Part shown: positions 35,914 to 50,100 of the stretch, piece after piece
How the letters are laid out: the number at the start of each line of letters is the position of its first letter
How positions within the stretch are numbered: the stretch's first letter is position 1
Notes under the pieces: generated by a model
Told to the model about the DNA's origin: nothing
The model's input: only the letters and a program-made list of their open reading frames with translations
The model's database searches: none
Assembly: GCA_964247055.1 (NCBI GenBank)
Contig: OZ176056.1
Coordinates: 8,494,001 to 8,558,000, forward strand
DNA length: 64,000 nt
Source: Paragordius varius
Lineage: Eukaryota; Animalia; Nematomorpha
Reading direction: 5' to 3'
Translations under genes and position numbers: made by a program

Positions 35914-38099
35914 AAAACATATATTGTAATATAAATTTAAATTAACTGAACACGTTTGAAAAACATCGCCATAGAGATAAAAGTTATTTATTTTAGCAAA
36001 TTATGGCAAAAATGAAAAAAAATTATTAAACAGATATGAAATGGTATTATTTACCAAATTTTATTTAGATGTCTCAATATATACAAGACCATTGTTAAAT
36101 AATCAAAGTTATTTGAAAATTAAAATGTAATTCTTCAAAAATTACATTAGTAAACTATAAAAAAGTACATTTTATATATAAAATTAGGGTATAAAATATT
36201 TTTTTAATACAAAAAAAGATGTATCAATAAAAGTCAATCAAAATATTTTTCAATAAACTGGGATTTATAAGAAAATAAAAATATGGATAAAAACATTTTA
36301 CAATAATTTAAATTAATGAATTATTAGTGATAAAAAAGTAGTATTCTAATATAATTATTAAAATTAGTTATTAAAAATATAATTATTTAAAAAAATTAGT
36401 AAACTATATTTAAAAGTAAAGGTAATATATATTATCTATTTTCTAAATTTTAATATTAAACTTTAAATTAATGAAATAATAATATACAAAAAATCATTAT
36501 TTAAAAAAGTCTCTAATTTAAATTTGTTTATAATTGGTGTTAAAAATTTTAATTTATATTAATTTTATTTTTACGTTTGACAAATATTACTTGTGATTTT
36601 TTATAGTTATCAAAAATATAATTATCTAAACAGCTGACCATGAAAATTGGTTATTTTATAAACAGTAAGACAGAAAAACAGATAAATACAATATTTTAAT
36701 TTGATTATCTTTAAAAAAGGGGGATTCCTATCAATAGGTTATTGCTATAGAAATATTCTAAATTTAGTTGTTTGTTGTTCTTGTATTTTAGCAAAAATTC
36801 TTTAAGAGCCAAAATTTGAAATACTCAGGTAACTTTATAAAAAAATATTTAAATAATGGTTAAAATATACCATCATAACTTTTGAAAATTTGACTTTTCC
36901 GCGCACACAATGTTCAGAAACCACATCATTCTAATTGAATATAAAATAATGTTTAATAATTAAATCAATATGTTGTTTAACAAAAATGCTGGTTGTTTTA
37001 TAGTTTTTTCAATCATAGTTAACGGTTTATTAATGATATTTAGCGTTGTTTTAAAAAAATGCGTTCACAAAAACATTATAGCGGTTATTTCTTATTTATT
37101 ACTAATTAACAAAAAATAAATAAATTGATTAATATTTAGCTTTTTTAGGAAAAAAACAAATTAACTATTTATTTCTAATAAAATTTAGTGTTTTTTGATG
37201 AAAATTAGGTTAAATGTAATCATTTATATAAGAATGAAAAACATAGTTTTGAAAATATCAAAAACAAACAGCTGTTACGGCTAATTCAATTAAATTGAAA
37301 AAAACATATATATTTAGCTAAAATTCTGCTAAAAAAATTTTTTTTATACTGCCCTGTAGTTTTTCAAAATTATCTTACAGTAATTTATATCAGCTGATTT
37401 TTAATAAATATTGGAGAATAATTATTAAATTTGGCTGTTTTAATAAAAAAATAGTAATTGCATAATTTGGCTGTAGTTAAAAAATTTTATAAAAAAATAT
37501 CAGTTTTTAATTATAATTGAACTGTATTATAAAGGATATCAACATAACTCTCCTATTAGAAATAGTTAGGGGTTTATTGATATATAACTATATTATTAAA
37601 ATCCAACTGTTTCTAAGCAATTAAATAACTTATAAAACCAAGGTTTTAATTAGGTTATTTATATGCATATTCAAATTTTTAAAAGGAGCTCTTTTTTAGA
37701 GTTTTTTTAAAAAATATAAGCTAATTAACGGGTATAAAAATTTAAGCTTTTTACAAAAAATTTACTCTTTAAAAACCTAATTAATCAACTTTTTTTATAA
37801 ATGTGGCATTTGGATAATTAAAGTAAAAATAAATACCAAATTCCGAAATATTCAAGGCTTACATTTTTTATTACGATTCGTTTCAGTTTTTGCGCAAATA
37901 ATCGATTAAGGCAACGCATTTCTATATTAATATAAGGTAAAAAATTATAAATTGTTATTGCAAAATATATGATTAAACAGTATTTTTAATAAATCAACTG
38001 TATAAATTAATCATCAGTTAAAAGAAACCATAAATAATCAACTGTACAAATAAATAAACTGTTTTAAATATTATGAACTATTTAGATAAATTAAATAAA

Positions 38100-38830
38100 T
38101 CAGCTGATTATATAAACAACTGAATAATAAAACAACTGAATAATAAAAACAACTGATTAATAAAAACAACTGATTAATAAAAACAACTGATTAATAAAAA
38201 CAACTGAATAATAAAACAACTGAATAATAAAACAACTGAATAATAAAAACAACTGAATAATAAAAACAACTGATTAATAAAAACAACTGATTAATAAAAA
38301 CAACTGATTAATAAAAACAACTGATTAATAAAACAACTGATTAATAAAACAACTGAATAATAAAACAACTGAATAATAAAACAACTGAATAATAAAAACA
38401 ACTGAATAATAAAACAACTGAATAATAAAACAACTGAATAATAAAACAACTGAATAATAAAACAACTGATTAATAAAAACAACTGATTAATAAAAATAAC
38501 TGATTAATAAAAATAACTGATTAATAACTGATTAATAAAAACAACTGATTAATAAAAACAACTGATTAATAAAAACAACTGATTAATAAAAACAACTGAT
38601 TATCTAAACAACTGATTAATTAAAACAACTGATTAATTAAAACAACTGATTAATTAAAACAACTGATTATTTAAACAACTGATTAATTAAAACAACTGAT
38701 TAATTAAAACAACTGATTAATTAAAACAACTGACTAAAAAACAACTGATTAATAAAAACTACTGATTAATAAAAACTACTGATTAATAAAAACAACTAAT
38801 TAATAAAAACAACTAATTAATAATGACAAC
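38100..38830. repeat. Satellite 2 (16-17-bp monomer, AACAACTGATTAATAAA / AACAACTGAATAATAAA)
   Basis: Direct tandem repeats; a shorter array lies at 63280-63460. Confidence 0.95.
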
Positions 38831-39311
38831 TGATAAATTAAAAAAACTGCTTAATAAAAATAACTGATAAATTAAAAAACCTGAAATATCAAAACAACTC
38901 AAATAAAAAAACAAATATTTTAAAACATTTAATATAATTATAATATTAATCAAAATTTGAATTATTAAACTGTAAAAAATTACCAAATTCAAAAATATCA
39001 AGCCAAAATTTTTTGCTTTACGATTCGTTTCAGTTTTTGCGCAAATAATTGATTGAGGCAACACATTCTAAAAAAATAATGAAAATATATAAATTGAATA
39101 TAAACGATTAATTACAATATAATAATTTAAAAAAACGCTATTTAAGAATGAATGATATGTTATGTGTTTAATTATCTAAAAAACCAATTTGCTGGCATTC
39201 AAGTAATTTTGCCGAATTGAGCGAATTAATATTTATAATGAAAGCATTTTTTTAAACTTTCCGATTTTTAGAATTATTATCAGTACAAAATTTGGGTTTA
39301 TAGGCATATTT

Positions 39312-42300
39312 TTAACCGATTACCAAATTTTAAGAAAATTTTAACCGATTTTAGCAAATCTTAAGAAAACTTTAACCGATTTTTAGCAAATTTCAGGGAA
39401 TCTTTAACCGATTTTTAACAAAACTGAAGGAAACTTTAACCGATTTTTAGCAAATTTTAAGGAATCTTTAACCGATTTTTAGCCTATTATAAGGAAACTT
39501 TAACTGATTATTAGCAAATTTTAAGGAAACTTTAACCGATTTTTAGCCTATTATAAGGAAACTTAAACCGATTTTAGCAAATTTTAAGGAAATTTTAACC
39601 GATTATGGCTAATTTTCATGAAACTTTAACCTATTTTTAACAAATTTTAGCAAATTTTAAGAAAATTTTAACAGATTATTAGCAAATTTTAAGAAAACTT
39701 TAACCGATTATTAGCAAATTTTAAGAAAATTTTAACCGATTTTTAGCAAATTTTAAGAAAATTTTAACCGATTTTTAGCAAACTTTAACCGAAATTTTAA
39801 GAAAAACTTTAACCGAATTAGCAAATTTCAAGTGCACTTTAACCGATTTTTAGCAAATTTTAGCAAATTTTAAGAAAATTTTAAGAAAATTTTAACCGAT
39901 TATTAGCCTATTATAAGGAAACTTTAACCGATTTTTAGCAAATTTTAAGGAACATTTAACCGATTTTTAGCAAACTTTAACCGAAATTTTAAGAAAAACT
40001 TAACCGAATTAGCAAATTTCAAGGGCACTTTAACCGATTTTTAGCAAATTTTAAGAAAACTTTGTACGATTTTTAGCCTATTATAAGGAAACTTTAACCG
40101 ATTTTAGCAAATTTTAACGGATTTTTAACAAATTTAAAAAAAGCTTTAACCGATTTTTAGCAAATTTTAAGATAATTTTAACCGATTATTAGCAAATTTT
40201 ACTTTAACCGATTATTAGCAAATTTTAAGAAAACTTTGTACGATTTTTAGCCTATTATAAGGAAACTTTAACCGATTTTAGCAAATTTCAAGAAAACTTT
40301 GTACGATTTTTAGCCTATTATAAGGAAATTTTAACCGATTTTAGCAAATTTTAAGAAAACTTTAACCGATTATTAACAAATTTTAAGAAAACTTTAACAG
40401 ATTATTAGCAAATTTTAAGGAAACTTTAACCGATTTTTAGCCTATTATAAGGAAACTTTAACCGATTTTAGCAAATTTTAAGGAAACTTTAACCGATTAT
40501 TAGCAAATTTTAAGGAAACTTTAACCGATTATTAGCAAATTTTACTTTAACCGATTATTAGCAAATTTTAAGAAAACTTTAACCGATTATTAACAAATTT
40601 TAAGAAAACTTTAACAGATTTTTAGCAAATTTTAAGAAAACTTTAACCGATTATTAACAAATTTTAAGAAAACTTTAACAGATTTTTAGCAAATTTTAAG
40701 AAAACTTTGTACGATTTTTAGCCTATTATAAGGAAACTTTAACCGATTTTAGCAAATTTTAAGAAACATTTAACGGATTTTTAACAAATTTAAAAAAAGC
40801 TTTAACCGATTTTTAGCAAATTTTAAGATAATTTTAACCGATTATTAGCAAATTTTACTTTAACCGATTATTAGCAAATTTTAAGAAAACTTTGTACGAT
40901 TTTTAGCCTATTATAAGGAAACTTTAACCGATTTTAGCAAATTTCAAGAAAACTTTGTACGATTTTTAGCCTATTATAAGGAAATTTTAACCGATTTTAG
41001 CAAATTTTAAGAAAACTTTAACCGATTATTAACAAATTTTAAGAAAACTTTAACAGATTATTAGCAAATTTTAAGGAAACTTTAACCGATTTTTAGCCTA
41101 TTATAAGGAAACTTTAACCGATTTTAGCAAATTTTAAGGAAACTTTAACCGATTATTAGCAAATTTTAAGGAAACTTTAACCGATTATTAGCAAATTTTA
41201 CTTTAACCGATTATTAGCAAATTTTAAGAAAACTTTAACAGATTATTAGCAAATTTTAAGGAAACTTTAACCGATTTTTAGCCTATTATGAGGAAACTTT
41301 AACCGATTTTAGCAAATTTTAAGGAAACTTTAACCGATTATTAGCAAATTTTACTTTAACCGATTATTAGCAAATTTTAAGAAAACTTTAACAGATTATT
41401 AGCAAATTTTAAGGAAACTTTAACCGATTTTTAGCCTATTATGAGGAAACTTTAACCGATTTTAGCATATTTTAAGGAAATTTTAACCGATTTTTAGCAA
41501 ACTTTAACCGAAATTTTAAGAAAAACTTTAACCGAATTAACAAATTTCAAGTGCACTTTAACCGATTTTTAGCAAATTTTAAGAAAATTTTAACCGATTA
41601 TTAGCAAATTTTAAGGAAACTTTAACCGATTTTTAGCAAATTTTAAGGAACATTTAACGGATTTTTAGCAAATTTCAAGAAAACTTTGTACGATTTTTAG
41701 CCTATTATAAGGAAACTTTAACCGATTTTAGCAAATTTTAAGGAAACTTTAACCGATTTTAGCAAATTTTAAGGTAACTTTAACCTAATTTTAGCATATT
41801 TTAAGAAACATTTAACGGATTTTTAACAAATTTAAAAAAAGCTTTAACCGATTTTTAGCAAATTTTAAGGAAAATTTAACAGATTTTTAACAAATTTTAA
41901 GAAAACTTTAACCGATTATTAGCAAATTTTACTTTAACCGATTATTAGCAAATTTTAAGAAAACTTTAACAGATTATTAGCAAATTTTAAGGAAACTTTA
42001 ACCGATTTTAGCAAATTTTAAGGTAACTTTAACCTAATTTTAGCATATTTTAAGAAACATTTAACGGATTTTTAACAAATTTAAAAAAAGCTTTAACCGA
42101 TTTTTAGCAAATTTTAAGGAAAATTTAACAGATTTTTAACAAATTTTAAGAAAACTTTAACCGATTATTAGCAAATTTTACTTTAACCGATTATTAGCAA
42201 ATTTTAAGAAAACTTTGTACGATTTTTAGCCTATTATAAGGAAACTTTAACCGATTTTAGCAAATTTCAAGAAAACTTTGTACGATTTTTAGCCTATTAT

Positions 42301-45300
42301 AAGGAAACTTTAACCGATTATTAGCAAATTTTAAGGAAACTTTAACCGATTATTAGCAAATTTTACTTTAACCGATTATTAGCAAATTTTAAGAAAACTT
42401 TAACAGATTATTAGCAAATTTTAAGGAAACTTTAACCGATTTTTAGCCTATTATGAGGAAACTTTAACCGATTTTAGCAAATTTTTAGGAAACTTTAACC
42501 GATTTTTAGCCTATTATAAGGAAACTTTAACCGATTATTAGCAAATTTTAAGGAAACTTTAACCGATTATTAGCAAATTTTACTTTAACCGATTATTAGC
42601 AAATTTTAAGAAAACTTTAACAGATTATTAGCAAATTTTAAGGAAACTTTAACCGATTTTTAGCCTATTATGAGGAAACTTTAACCGATTTTAGCATATT
42701 TTAAGGAAATTTTAACCGATTTTTAGCAAACTTTAACCGAAATTTTAAGAAAAACTTTAACCGAATTAACAAATTTCAATAACCGATTTTTAGCAAATTT
42801 TAAGAAAATTTTAACCGATTATTAGCAAATTTTAAGGAAACTTTAACCGATTTTTAGCCTATTATAAGGAAACTTTAACCGATTTTTAGCAAATTTTAAG
42901 GAAACTTTAACCGATTTTAGCAAATTTTAAGGTAACTTTAACCGATTTTAGCAAATTTTAAGGTAACTTTAACCTAATTTTAGCATATTTTAAGAAACAT
43001 TTAACGGATTTTTAACAAATTTAAAAAAAGCTTTAACCGATTTTTAGCAAATTTTAAGGAAAATTTAACAGATTTTTAACAGATTTTTAACAAATTTTAA
43101 GAAAACTTTAACCGATTTTTAGCCTATTATAAGGAAAATTTAACAGATTTTTAACAAATTTTAAGAAAACTTTAACCGATTATTAGCAAATTTTAAGGAA
43201 AATTTAACGGATTTTTAACAAATTTAAAAAAAGCTTTAACCGATTTTTAGCAAATTTTAAGAAAACTTTAACCGATTATTAGCAAATTTTACTTTAACCG
43301 ATTATTAGCAAATTTTAAGAAAACTTTAACCGATTATTAACAAATTTTAAGAAAACTTTAACAGATTATTAGCAAATTTTAAGGAAACTTTAACCGATTT
43401 TTAGCCTATTATAAGGAAACTTTAACCGATTTTAGCAAATTTTAAGGAAACTTTAACCGATTATTAGCAAATTTTAAGGAAACTTTAACCGATTATTAGC
43501 AAATTTTACTTTAACCGATTATTAGCAAATTTTAAGAAAACTTTAACAGATTATTAGCAAATTTTAAGGAAACTTTAACCGATTTTTAGCCTATTATGAG
43601 GAAACTTTAACCGATTTTAGCATATTTTAAGGAAATTTTAACCGATTTTTAGCAAACTTTAACCGAAATTTTAAGAAAAACTTTAACCGAATTAACAAAT
43701 TTCAAGTGCACTTTAACCGATTTTTAGCAAATTTTAAGAAAATTTTAACCGATTATTAGCAAATTTTAAGGAAACTTTAACCGATTTTTAGCCTATTATA
43801 AGGAAACTTTAACCGATTTTTAGCAAATTTTAAGGAACATTTAACGGATTTTTAGCAAATTTCAAGAAAACTTTGTACGATTTTTAGCCTATTATAAGGA
43901 AACTTTAACCGATTTTAGCAAATTTTAAGGAAACTTTAACCGATTTTAGCAAATTTTAAGGTAACTTTAACCTAATTTTAGCATATTTTAAGAAACATTT
44001 AACGGATTTTTAACAAATTTAAAAAAAGCTTTAACCGATTTTTAGCAAATTTTAAGGAAAATTTAACAGATTTTTAACAAATTTTAAGAAAACTTTAACC
44101 GATTATTAGCAAATTTTACTTTAACCGATTATTAGCAAATTTTAAGAAAACTTTAACAGATTATTAGCAAATTTTAAGGAAACTTTAACCGATTTTAGCA
44201 AATTTTAAGGTAACTTTAACCTAATTTTAGCATATTTTAAGAAACATTTAACGGATTTTTAACAAATTTAAAAAAAGCTTTAACCGATTTTTAGCAAATT
44301 TTAAGGAAAATTTAACAGATTTTTAACAAATTTTAAGAAAACTTTAACCGATTATTAGCAAATTTTACTTTAACCGATTATTAGCAAATTTTAAGAAAAC
44401 TTTGTACGATTTTTAGCCTATTATAAGGAAACTTTAACCGATTTTAGCAAATTTCAAGAAAACTTTGTACGATTTTTAGCCTATTATAAGGAAATTTTAA
44501 CCGATTTTAGCAAATTTTAAGAAAACTTTAACCGATTATTAACAAATTTTAAGAAAACTTTAACAGATTATTAGCAAATTTTAAGAAAACTTTGTACGAT
44601 TTTTAGCCTATTATAAGGAAACTTTAACCGATTTTAGCAAATTTTAAGGAAACTTTAACCTATTTTTAACAAATTTAAAAAAAGCTTTAACCGATTTTTA
44701 GCAAATTTTAAGATAATTTTAACCGATTATTAGCAAATTTTACTTTAACCGATTATTAGCAAATTTTAAGAAAACTTTGTACGATTTTTAGCCTATTATA
44801 AGGAAACTTTAACCGATTTTAGCAAATTTCAAGAAAACTTTGTACGATTTTTAGCCTATTATAAGGAAATTTTAACCGATTTTAGCAAATTTTAAGAAAA
44901 CTTTAACCGATTATTAACAAATTTTAAGAAAACTTTAACAGATTATTAGCAAATTTTTAGGAAACTTTAACCGATTTTTAGCCTATTATAAGGAAACTTT
45001 AACCGATTATTAGCAAATTTTAAGGAAACTTTAACCGATTATTAGCAAATTTTACTTTAACCGATTATTAGCAAATTTTAAGAAAACTTTAACAGATTAT
45101 TAGCAAATTTTAAGGAAACTTTAACCGATTTTTAGCCTATTATGAGGAAACTTTAACCGATTTTAGCAAATTTTTAGGAAACTTTAACCGATTTTTAGCC
45201 TATTATAAGGAAACTTTAACCGATTATTAGCAAATTTTAAGGAAACTTTAACCGATTATTAGCAAATTTTACTTTAACCGATTATTAGCAAATTTTAAGA

Positions 45301-47150
45301 AAACTTTAACAGATTATTAGCAAATTTTAAGGAAACTTTAACCGATTTTTAGCCTATTATGAGGAAACTTTAACCGATTTTAGCATATTTTAAGGAAATT
45401 TTAACCGATTTTTAGCAAACTTTAACCGAAATTTTAAGAAAAACTTTAACCGAATTAACAAATTTCAAGTGCACTTTAACCGATTTTTAGCAAATTTTAA
45501 GAAAATTTTAACCGATTATTAGCAAATTTTAAGGAAACTTTAACCGATTTTTAGCCTATTATAAGGAAACTTTAACCGATTTTTAGCAAATTTTAAGGAA
45601 ACTTTAACCGATTTTAGCAAATTTTAAGGTAACTTTAACCGATTTTAGCAAATTTTAAGGTAACTTTAACCTAATTTTAGCATATTTTAAGAAACATTTA
45701 ACGGATTTTTAACAAATTTAAAAAAAGCTTTAACCGATTTTTAGCAAATTTTAAGGAAAATTTAACAGATTTTTAACAGATTTTTAACAAATTTTAAGAA
45801 AACTTTAACCGATTTTTAGCCTATTATAAGGAAAATTTAACAGATTTTTAACAAATTTTAAGAAAACTTTAACCGATTATTAGCAAATTTTACTTTAACC
45901 GATTATTAGCAAATTTTAAGAAAACTTTAACAGATTATTAGCAAATTTTAAGGAAACTTTAACCGATTTTAGCAAATTTTAAGGTAACTTTAACCTAATT
46001 TTAGCATATTTTAAGAAACATTTAACGGATTTTTAACAAATTTAAAAAAAGCTTTAACCGATTTTTAGCAAATTTTAAGGAAAATTTAACAGATTTTTAA
46101 CAAATTTTAAGAAAACTTTAACCGATTATTAGCAAATTTTACTTTAACCGATTATTAGCAAATTTTAAGAAAACTTTAACAGATTATTATCAAATTTTTA
46201 GGAAACTTTAACCGATTTTTAGCCTATTATAAGGAAACTTTAACCGATTTTAGCAAATTTCAAGAAAACTTTGTACGATTTTTAGCCTATTATAAGGAAA
46301 CTTTAACCGATTTTAGCAAATTTTAAGAAAACTTTAACCGATTATTAACAAATTTTAAGAAAACTTTAACAGATTATTAGCAAATTTTAAGGAAACTTTA
46401 ACCGATTTTTAGCCTATTATGAGGAAACTTTAACCGATTTTAGCAAATTTTAAGGAAACTTTAACCTATTTTTAACAAATTTTAAGAAAGTATTAACCGA
46501 TTATGGCTAATTTTCATGAAACTTTAACCGATTTTTAACAAATTTTAAGGAAATTTTAACCGATTATGGCTAATTTTCATGAAACTTTAACCTATTTTTA
46601 ACAAATTTTAAGAAAATTTTAACCGATTTTTAGCAAATTTTAAGAAAATTTTAACCGATTTTTAGCCTATTATAGGGATACTTTAACCGATTTTAGCAAA
46701 TTTTAAGAAAATTTAAACCGATTATTAGCAAAACTTTAACCTAATTTTAGCATATTTTAAGGAAAATTTAACAGATTTTTAACAAATTTTAAGAAAACTT
46801 TAACCGATTTTTAGCAAATTTTAAGAAAACTTTAACCGATTATTAGCAAATTTTAAGAAAACTTTAACCGATTATTAGCAAATTTTAAGAAAACTTTAAC
46901 CGATTATTAGCCTATTATAAGAAAACTTTAACCGATTTAGCCTATTATAAGGAAACTTTAACCGATTTTAGCAAATTAAGGAAATTTTAACCGATTTTTA
47001 GGCAAATTAGTAAAAAACTTTAACGCATTTTTAGCATATTTTAACCGATTTTTAGCTAAATTTAAGAAAATTTTAACCGTTTTTAGGAATTGTTAAGAAA
47101 GAAACTTTAACCGATTTTTTCAAGGTAACTTTAACCGATTTTTAAATTGA
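39312..47150. repeat. Satellite 1, long array (~7.8 kb) with variant monomers in recurring order
   Basis: Tandem ~31-32-bp monomers with recurring variants (GCCTATTATAAGG, CTTTGTACG, AAAAAAAGCTTT, GTGCAC). Confidence 0.97.
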
Positions 47151-50100
47151 TTTTTATTTAATTTCTCATTTTTTTAACAAACTTTAAACAATTTTAAATA
47201 ATTTTAGTGTATTTTTAAGAAACTTTAATACCATTTTTTTACTTTTTTTGAACCACCTTAAGTCATTTTATGTAAGAAAAAATAGAAGACACGAAAAGAA
47301 GGCGTGATATCAATTATACGCCCGAAAACCCAAAACCAATTTGTTGTACATAATTTATATACTAGGAATTTTTTAGAGGAGGGGTGGTCAACAAGCGGCT
47401 CCTTAAATATTGAGGCTGCCGCGAGAAATTTATATACAAGTTTTTAAAAAATTTAAGGAAAATTGATTATCTTAAACAAATTTTCTGAATAAATTTTTCC
47501 GAAATTTTGGCAATTTCCTAAAAAAATGATAACAAAATAGTGGTTTTTACAGTATCATTTATAATATCTAATAAAATGTTAGCTAATGCCCATATATTTA
47601 GCCAATTTGGACCGCGAAGCCATAGAATATGAATTTATTTTTTAAGAAATTAAATTTTATAGGACGAGCATGCACCTAAAAAATAATAACATAAGTTCAC
47701 CTTTATATGTTAACACTTCCTCTCCATTATCAAAAAATTTTTACAAAATTTTAAAGAAAGAAATTCAATGCTAAAATATTTTACCAAGAGCTATAATTTA
47801 TGTAAAATTATTTTAAATTGGAAGGATATTTTAGATTTCAAAACAAGCAAGCATCTAAATAATTATAACATATGTTCACCTTTCTATTTCATCTTCCTCA
47901 AACAAATGAAAAAAAAAATTTTAAAAGATCAAGAAACCCACTTGTTAGCAATATAGTATCATAATTAGACATCTATTTAGTTTTTTTTTTAAAATGGATA
48001 ATAATAAAATATTACTAGGTTTGTGTTAAAATTTGCCAGATAGAATTGCCAAGTAAATGGCTAATAGCAAGAAAAGATTCTTTTTGAAGTTAATAAATGT
48101 TCCTTATCATTCGTATCTGGCAATATTTTAATGCAAACCCAGAAATGATTCGTAATTATACTGTATATATATAAAACATGCAAAACTTACATACATTGTT
48201 TGAGCAGAATTGTATTAAAACGTATTTTCCCATTTCAGTCGTATAATATCAACCATGTTTCCAATACTTTGTCGTTTTATTGTGGTCGATTGTTTCCAAG
48301 ATTTGGTTGGACAGCTTCCTTTTTTCAATTAACAATGGTATTCTAATGATTAAGTATAAACAATTTACCTTATTATATAGTAATGGCAATACATTGTATA
48401 GCTGGAGAGATCAAGACATGACAAGGGAAGTTGCATATGCACCCAATCTATCCACCCATTTCAGAAAATGTGCCAGGAAAAAAAAATATAGTAAATGAAA
48501 AAAATAAAATTTTCGCCCTTTATATAGGGCATAATGTATATGTTATCTTTTTATCCAATCAAATTAATGTGTGCATTTGCGCCTTTTTTCCCCCTTCTGG
48601 AAAAATGTTTCACATTCTTTTCCCTCTCTTTATTGCGCAACATTGTTTGGGCGCCTCTATTTTATTATTATTCCCTCCCCCCCCCCCCATGTGCACATTC
48701 CAATAAAACATATAATATTATATATGATTCATCATAACTAAAAATAAATCCTTTTTTATTACAATAATGTTATTTGGCTGGCGCCTATAAAGAAATGTAA
48801 ATAAAATTCGGAGAAAAATATGTTAAAAAAATATGGCAATAATATTTTAACAATCTTTATTAATAATAAATGAAAAATTTGAATTTATTTTCTTACTTAC
48901 TAAATGTTTGATTACACAAATGGCTAATATCAAAAATTAATTAATTAATTAATCTAATTTGTTTCAATATTAAAAAAAATAATTTTTCATAGAGGTATTT
49001 AAGTTTTTACCGGTGTAATTTGATTAATATATTGGTTTATAATTTAGTGATCTTAGAATTTTTTTTCTAAAATAAAGCAGAATGTTTTTTAAAAAGTTTA
49101 TAGATTATTATCTAAAGATTTATAATTATTTTAATTTTATGCTTTGTGCAATCATCTAATATCAAATTAATGTTAAAATCAAATACATCATATAATAAGC
49201 TTTCAACAACAAGAGCTCTGATTTTTTTGGATTTCCAATTCATTAAAATCCATCATCACAGATAGTTTATTTAGGTAAAAGATATTCAAAGTGTGCTTAC
49301 GATAATTACCAATATATAATGATTCTCTCTTAATTCATACTAATATATATATTAATTTTAAAATAGGAATCAACAAATAAGTTATTATTCTGTTTTAATT
49401 CAATTAAAAAATATGTAAATAAAATCGAAAATAAGTTATGTCCTGTGGGGATAAGGGTTAAAGTAAAAAGTTTGGTGTCAGTTTTTTAAACAGAAAGCTG
49501 AAAATCTGTTTTTCATTAAGAGTTATCTGAAACAAAATTTAAACTTTTTTATACCATAGAACGATACAGAATATCTGGGAATTGCTAACTTAACATTTAA
49601 TAACCTTTAAAAGTGTAATAATTCTCAATTGAGAAATGGTTAAATCCTAACAATTTTATTAAAAATTATAATGGATTATTTATCCCAAAACTTTCTAAGC
49701 TTGCAATGTTAAATTCCCATCGTTCATGCGAAAATGTCTTTAGAATTAAGCAGTAATCAACAGTTTAATTTAAATATTAACTAATCTTTTAAAAATCAAT
49801 CAAAAGAGTTTCTTCATTTAATAATTATGTATAACCACACGACAATAACATAAGCAAACTAAAAGATATCAATGTTGGATAAAAATATCATTAAATTCTT
49901 CAACTTTTTTAATAATTAGTTCCCGTTTTGAAAAAGCTGAATAAAAATCTTTTTCAAAACAATAGCATTTCATTACTTTACTACAGTTTGGAAAACCAAT
50001 AAAAATATTTGGTTATATGGTGAAAAATGTAAATTTTTTTAATCTTAAATTTATAGTATAATACTGTAAGGTTTCGACTTTGTGGGCTAGGGTTAGTGTG

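Noticed and set aside
39312-47150. Satellites and FB arm repeats as CRISPR-like arrays
   Set aside because: Monomers are contiguous with no unique spacers, there are no cas genes, and the context is eukaryotic and intron-containing.
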